Assembly (NCBI GenBank): GCA_963770895.1
Contig: CAVYRF010000002.1
Location: 5,056,001 to 5,120,000 of the forward strand
Origin: an uncultured Acidobacteriota bacterium
GTDB taxonomy: Bacteria; Acidobacteriota; Thermoanaerobaculia; Multivoradales; UBA5704
Length of the DNA: 64,000 nucleotides
Reading direction: 5' to 3'
The position numbers were made by a program, and so were the translations under genes. Position 1 is the first letter of the stretch; each line of letters starts with the position of its first letter. Under the pieces are notes generated by a model. It did no database searches and was not told where the DNA came from. It saw nothing but the letters and a program-made list of their open reading frames with translations. Below are positions 59,337-64,000 of the stretch, in pieces.

Positions 59337-62300
59337 ATGCAAGGGTGCTTCGAAGGAATGGCGGTCCTCGGCCTGATGGCCTATGGACTGTGGGTGGGCA
59401 CCAGGCTGCGCGACGTGATGCGCGGCCTGGAGGAGGAGCGAGCCGCCCGGCTGGCTCTGGAGCGGCGCCTGCTGGCGATGGCGGCGCAGCTCGAGGCGGC
59501 CGGCCCCGCGCCGGCGGCAGACGCCGTGGCGGCGGCAGTGGCCGCGCCGGTGGCGGCAGCGGCAGGCGCCGTGGCAGCGCCGGCAGCGGCAGCGGCACCG
59601 GTAGCGGCTCCAGCGGCGGCAGCGCCCGCACCGACCGCCGCTCCCGCGGTCAAGGTCACGTCGGCGGCCGCGGCGGCCGCCGCTGCGGTGCGGGTGATGG
59701 CGCCGGCCGCGGTGGCGCCGGCGCGGATGGACGGTGCCGCGCAACAAACTGCCGCAGCGGTGCCGGGTGCCCCCACGCCGGTGGTGGTGCCGCCTGCCGC
59801 GACTCCCCTCCCGGCTGCGCCTGTCGTAGCAACGGCGATCCCACCCGAGGTTGCAGCTGCGTCTGCCGCTGCTGCTGCCGTCGATATCAAACCGGACCTG
59901 GCGGCCGTGAGGGCGGCGGTGGGGCAGGCCGCGGTGGGCGCTGCCGCTGGCCGCGAGGCAAGTCCGGCGACGACGGCGGAGGCGGCCAGCGCAACGGCGA
60001 CGCCGGTGCAGCCGGCATCCATCGGCGCCACGGGGGCCGGCGACTCGGCAGGGCGTGACGGGCGTCCGGGAAGGCCGACGGGAGGCGCCGGGAGCCCGCC
60101 GGCCCAGCGCGAGCGGTTCGATTGGGAGAGCTTCATCGGGGTGAAGTTGTTTTCCTGGGCCGCCGGGGTGCTGCTGGCGGTGTCGGCGGTTTTCTTTCTG
60201 CGCTACTCGATCGACCATGGATTTCTGACCACGCCGGTGCGGCTGGCGTTGGGTCTGGCGCTGGGAGCCGGGCTGCTGGTGGTCTGCGAGCTGCGGGTGG
60301 CGCGCAAGTACGCGGTGACGGCGAACGCGCTGGATGCGGCGGGGATCGTGATCCTGTTCGCGACGCTGTTCGCGGCGCATGCGCTGTGGCACCTGCTGGC
60401 AGCGCCGGCGGCGTTTGGGCTGATGATCCTGGTGACGGTGCTGGCGGTGGCGCTGGCGGTGCACCACGACTCGCTGTTCATCGCGCTGCTGGGCCTGTTC
60501 GGAGGATTCGCCACGCCGGTTTTGCTGTCGGCGGGGCAGGACCGGCCGCTGTCGCTGTTCGGCTACCTGCTGCTGCTCAACGCCGGGCTGGCGTGGGTGG
60601 CGCTGCGCCGGTCGTGGCCGTGGCTTTCGGTGCTGGCTCTGGTTTTCACCACGCTCTATCAGTGGACGTGGGTGGCGCGGTTCCTGAGCGCCGACAAGCT
60701 GCCGCTGGCGCTCGGCATCTTCCTGGTGTTCCCGCTGGTGGGGCTGACGGTGGCGGCGCGCGCGCGCCGGATCGCCGGTGGGGCCGGCGGCGGCGCCTCG
60801 ATCGTCGAGCGCTCGGCGGCGGTGGCGGCGACGATGCCGCTGGCGTTCGCCCTCTATGCGATGTCGGTGCGCGCCTACGGAGCGCATTTCGGGCTGCTGT
60901 TCGGGTTCCTGCTGCTGCTCGACGTCGCGCTCGCCGCGGTGGCGGCCTGGCGCGGCCCGCACCTGCTGCACGAGCTGGGCGCCGGCGCCACCCTGGTGGG
61001 CCTGGTGGTGTGGCTGAGCAGCTCGTACCGGTCGACGGCGTGGCCGGGGATCCTGATCTTTGTGTCGCTGTTCGTGCTGTTCTACCTGGCCGCGCCGGGC
61101 CTGGCGCGCCGGCTGGGGCGGCCGCTGGGCGATGCGGGGCGCCGGGCGGCGCTGGTGGCGCCGTGCTTTCTTTTGGCCCTGCCGGTGTTGGTGCACCTGG
61201 AGCCGGCGGCGGCGGCGCCCGGTCTGACGTTCGGCGTGCTGTTTGCCCTGATGGCCGCGGTGGCTGCCTATGCGCTCATCGAGCGGCACGGCGCGCCGCA
61301 CTTTATCGCCGCGTTCTTTGCCATCGCCGCCCAGGCGGTGTGGGCCGCCGAGCACCTGACGCCCCAGCGGCTGCTCGCGGGCATCGCCATCTTCGCGGTG
61401 TTCGGCCTGTTCTTTGCCGGCGTGCCGGTGTTGGCGCGACGGCTCGGACGCACGCTGGCGCCGCGCCAGGGCGGGGCGATCGTCCTGCTGTGCAGCCTGG
61501 CGCTGTTGTTCTTCCTGACCGCCGGCACGGTGGCGCCGGCGGCGCTGTGGGGCTTCGCGCTGCTGCTGGTGATCCTGCAGGCGGGGCTGATCGTCGAGGC
61601 GGCACAGATCCGCCAGCCCATGCTGGCGCTGGTCGGCACCGTGCTGTCGTGGATCCTGATCGGCATCTGGTGGTCGGCGGTGCCGCTCGCCGCGAGCCTG
61701 GTGCCGGCGCTGGCGTTGGTCGCCGGGTTCACGGTCTTCGGCCTGGGCGGCAGCGTCTGGCTGGCCCGCAAGGGCCGCGACCAGCACGACGCGGCGACCG
61801 CCGACCTGGCGGGCAACGGCGCCTACCTGGCGCTGGTCGGCCACGTCTTCATGCTGTTTGTCGCCAGCCAGCAGCAGCTGGCGCTGCCGCCCTGGCCGCT
61901 GCTCGGCGCGCTGGCGCTGCTCGACCTGGCGATCGGCGTGGCGGCGCTCTGGATGCGCCGCGCCGCGCTGTGGATCGCCGCCCTGGTCGTCTCCGACGCC
62001 ATCGTCGTGGTGTGGCTGCATCAGGCCGGCAGCGCGCCCTGGCCCGGGGTGGCGCTGGCCGCGAGCGCCACCGTGTCGGCCCTGGGCCTGGTGTGGATCG
62101 CGTTCGCCCGCCGCGTCGCGGGCGCCGCCGCCGGCGCACACGGTGCCCAGGGCGCCGGCAGCGTCCCCGGCGTCGCCGTGGCCTCCGATGGCGCCGTGGT
62201 CTCCGATGGCGCCGCCAACCCCCGAGCCTGGTCGAGCGGTTTTGCCGAGGGCGCGTCGGCGGTGCTGTTTCTGGGCCAGCTGGTCGCCGCGGCGACGACG

Positions 62301-63503
62301 GTCGGCGTGGCGGCGCCGTCGCTGGGCGCGGCGATCGTGGTGCAGGTCGCATCGCTCGTGGCGATCCTGGCGCTGGCAGGTGCCGCCGGTTGGCCGCCAC
62401 CGGCGCCCCTGTCGGTGGCCACGACAGCCGTCGCCGTGGGCGCCTGGCACGCCGGCGGCGCGCCGGTGGGCGCCGGGCATCCGTGGTGGACCGACCTGGT
62501 GTTCGCGGTTGCCCTCTACGTTCCCTACCTGCTCTACCCGGTGCTCCTGGGGGAGCGTGCGCGGCGGCTGCGCTCCCCCCACCTGGCGGCGGTGCTGGCG
62601 AGCGTGCCGTTCTTCCTGTTTGCCCGCGTCGCCCTGATCGAAGGCGGTTGGGGGGCCTGGATCGGCGTCCTGCCGGTGGCGCAGGCGCTCGCCCTCGGCG
62701 GTCTGCTGGCGACGGTGCGCCACATGGAGGCGGCGGTGCCGCCGGCGGAGCGCGATCGCGGCCGGCTGGCGCTGATCGCCGGCGCGATCCTGGCCATGCT
62801 GACGGTGGCGATCCCGCTGCAGCTGGACCGCGAGTGGATCACCATCGGCTGGGCCTTGCTGGCCGCGGCGCTCGCCTGGCTGTACACGCGCATCCCGCAT
62901 CGCGGTCTGCTGCTGTGGACGGCGGGCCTGCTGGCCGCGGTGTTCCTGCGCCTGGCCGTCAACCCGTCGGTGCTGGCGTACCATGCGCGCAGCGGCCTGC
63001 CGGTGTGGAACTGGTACCTGTACACCTACCTGGTCCCCGCCGTCGCCTTCTTCGTCGCCGCGCGGTTCCTGATCCGCGGCGGCGACCCCCGCCTGCCGGC
63101 ATTCGGGCGCCTGTCGGCGCTGGCCTCGGGCGCCGCGGTCGTGCTGCTGTTCCTGCTGGTCAACATCGAGATCGCCGACTACTTCTCGACCGGCGTCACC
63201 GTGACCTTTGGCTTCCTGGGCGGCAAGGTCGGCCTGGCGGAGAACCTGTCGTACACGCTGGGGTGGGGAATCTTCGCGATCTGCCTGCTGGTGGCGGGCA
63301 TCGCCCTGCGCAGCCGCCCGGCGCGCATCGCCGCGATCGCGCTGCTGCTGGCGGCGTCGCTCAAAGGATTCCTGCTCGACATGTCGCAGCTGGGCGGGCT
63401 GTACCGCGTCGGATCGTTTGCCGGCCTGGCGGTCTGCCTGGCCCTGGTCGCGGTGCTGCTGCAGAAGTTCGTGCTGGCGCAGCGCGACCAGGAGGCCCCT
63501 TGA
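59337..63503 (+). CDS. DUF2339-type large membrane protein
   Basis: WESFIGVKLFSW...GGFATPVLLS...LYRVGSF; many TM helices; Ala/Pro linker. Confidence 0.88.
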   Translation: MQGCFEGMAVLGLMAYGLWVGTRLRDVMRGLEEERAARLALERRLLAMAAQLEAAGPAPAADAVAAAVAAPVAAAAGAVAAPAAAAAPVAAPAAAAPAPTAAPAVKVTSAAAAAAAAVRVMAPAAVAPARMDGAAQQTAAAVPGAPTPVVVPPAATPLPAAPVVATAIPPEVAAASAAAAAVDIKPDLAAVRAAVGQAAVGAAAGREASPATTAEAASATATPVQPASIGATGAGDSAGRDGRPGRPTGGAGSPPAQRERFDWESFIGVKLFSWAAGVLLAVSAVFFLRYSIDHGFLTTPVRLALGLALGAGLLVVCELRVARKYAVTANALDAAGIVILFATLFAAHALWHLLAAPAAFGLMILVTVLAVALAVHHDSLFIALLGLFGGFATPVLLSAGQDRPLSLFGYLLLLNAGLAWVALRRSWPWLSVLALVFTTLYQWTWVARFLSADKLPLALGIFLVFPLVGLTVAARARRIAGGAGGGASIVERSAAVAATMPLAFALYAMSVRAYGAHFGLLFGFLLLLDVALAAVAAWRGPHLLHELGAGATLVGLVVWLSSSYRSTAWPGILIFVSLFVLFYLAAPGLARRLGRPLGDAGRRAALVAPCFLLALPVLVHLEPAAAAPGLTFGVLFALMAAVAAYALIERHGAPHFIAAFFAIAAQAVWAAEHLTPQRLLAGIAIFAVFGLFFAGVPVLARRLGRTLAPRQGGAIVLLCSLALLFFLTAGTVAPAALWGFALLLVILQAGLIVEAAQIRQPMLALVGTVLSWILIGIWWSAVPLAASLVPALALVAGFTVFGLGGSVWLARKGRDQHDAATADLAGNGAYLALVGHVFMLFVASQQQLALPPWPLLGALALLDLAIGVAALWMRRAALWIAALVVSDAIVVVWLHQAGSAPWPGVALAASATVSALGLVWIAFARRVAGAAAGAHGAQGAGSVPGVAVASDGAVVSDGAANPRAWSSGFAEGASAVLFLGQLVAAATTVGVAAPSLGAAIVVQVASLVAILALAGAAGWPPPAPLSVATTAVAVGAWHAGGAPVGAGHPWWTDLVFAVALYVPYLLYPVLLGERARRLRSPHLAAVLASVPFFLFARVALIEGGWGAWIGVLPVAQALALGGLLATVRHMEAAVPPAERDRGRLALIAGAILAMLTVAIPLQLDREWITIGWALLAAALAWLYTRIPHRGLLLWTAGLLAAVFLRLAVNPSVLAYHARSGLPVWNWYLYTYLVPAVAFFVAARFLIRGGDPRLPAFGRLSALASGAAVVLLFLLVNIEIADYFSTGVTVTFGFLGGKVGLAENLSYTLGWGIFAICLLVAGIALRSRPARIAAIALLLAASLKGFLLDMSQLGGLYRVGSFAGLAVCLALVAVLLQKFVLAQRDQEAP

Positions 63504-64000
63504 TCCGCCGCGCCGCCCTGGCGCTCGTCGGCTTGCTGGCGGCACTGCAGGCTCCGGCGGCTCCGGCGGCTCCGGCGGCGATGCAGCCCGGTGCTTCCGC
63601 GGCTGCCGGGTCATCCGCGCCGCCGGCGATGCAGACCGGTTCTTCCGCGGCTGCCGGGTCATCCGCGCCGCCGGCGACCGCGGCCTCCGGCTCAAGCCCG
63701 GAGCTGGCGCCGCTGCCGCCGCCGCAGACGGGGGCGCCGCTGGCGACCGGCATCTTCCGGTTCCGCCGCGGCATCCGCGGCGCGCCACCGGGGGTGGTGG
63801 CGCTGCCGCTGGATGCGGCAGTGTTGGCGCACGCCGCCGCCGACCTGGGCGACCTGCGCATCGTCGACGCCGCCGGGCGCCAGGTGCCCTACATCCTGGA
63901 CCTGCGCGCTGAGCCCGACTGGCTGGCGCTGGGCGCCGTGGCCCGCCAGCCGGCGCAGGACGGCGACGCGCCCGGCTCGACCCGCTACGCCATCCGGCTG
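63500..64000 (+). CDS. DUF3999-type secreted protein (partial, runs off the window)
   Basis: TTG overlaps the upstream stop; signal peptide; DLGDLRIVDAAGRQVPY; 48-bp tandem duplication near 63577-63672. Confidence 0.75.
   Translation, partial: MIRRAALALVGLLAALQAPAAPAAPAAMQPGASAAAGSSAPPAMQTGSSAAAGSSAPPATAASGSSPELAPLPPPQTGAPLATGIFRFRRGIRGAPPGVVALPLDAAVLAHAAADLGDLRIVDAAGRQVPYILDLRAEPDWLALGAVARQPAQDGDAPGSTRYAIRL

Noticed and set aside
59495-60100. Ala/Pro-rich repeats as a separate element
   Set aside because: In-frame low-complexity linker of the DUF2339-type protein

Overview
Very GC-rich bacterial window, most consistent with Acidobacteriota (Thermoanaerobaculia-like; inferred from the gene families, not proven). 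The left end is core-like: a FecR/DUF6600-type protein, then a TPR-cNMP protein, def, a cohesin-like lipoprotein, cysS, yraN and tRNA-Gly/tRNA-Cys. About 30 kb of accessory DNA follows tRNA-Cys. It holds a decayed tyrosine integrase, two toxin-antitoxin pairs plus a toxin remnant, a three-gene CHAT/TPR cluster, a PI-PLC-like enzyme, a broken SIR2 + STAND-ATPase module, two nested IS21 remnants, many fused gene fragments and a ~290-bp diverged direct repeat. The right half has glnS (with a YqeY-type tail), treY, a TetR switch with three visible operators, a porin, several secreted proteins, an FG-GAP protein and a DUF2339/DUF3999-type pair. The best candidate for an undescribed system is the four-gene coupled operon at 43114-45953. 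There a membrane protein's C-terminal tail (QNMNIKGSRNVFGPIGQ) and the next gene's CHAT-protease N-terminus (QSIQISGKRLRVGDISQ) share a matching 17-aa amyloid-like motif. The second candidate is a ~170-nt rod-like hairpin at 58989-59157. All family calls come from motif recognition by eye; no database search was run.
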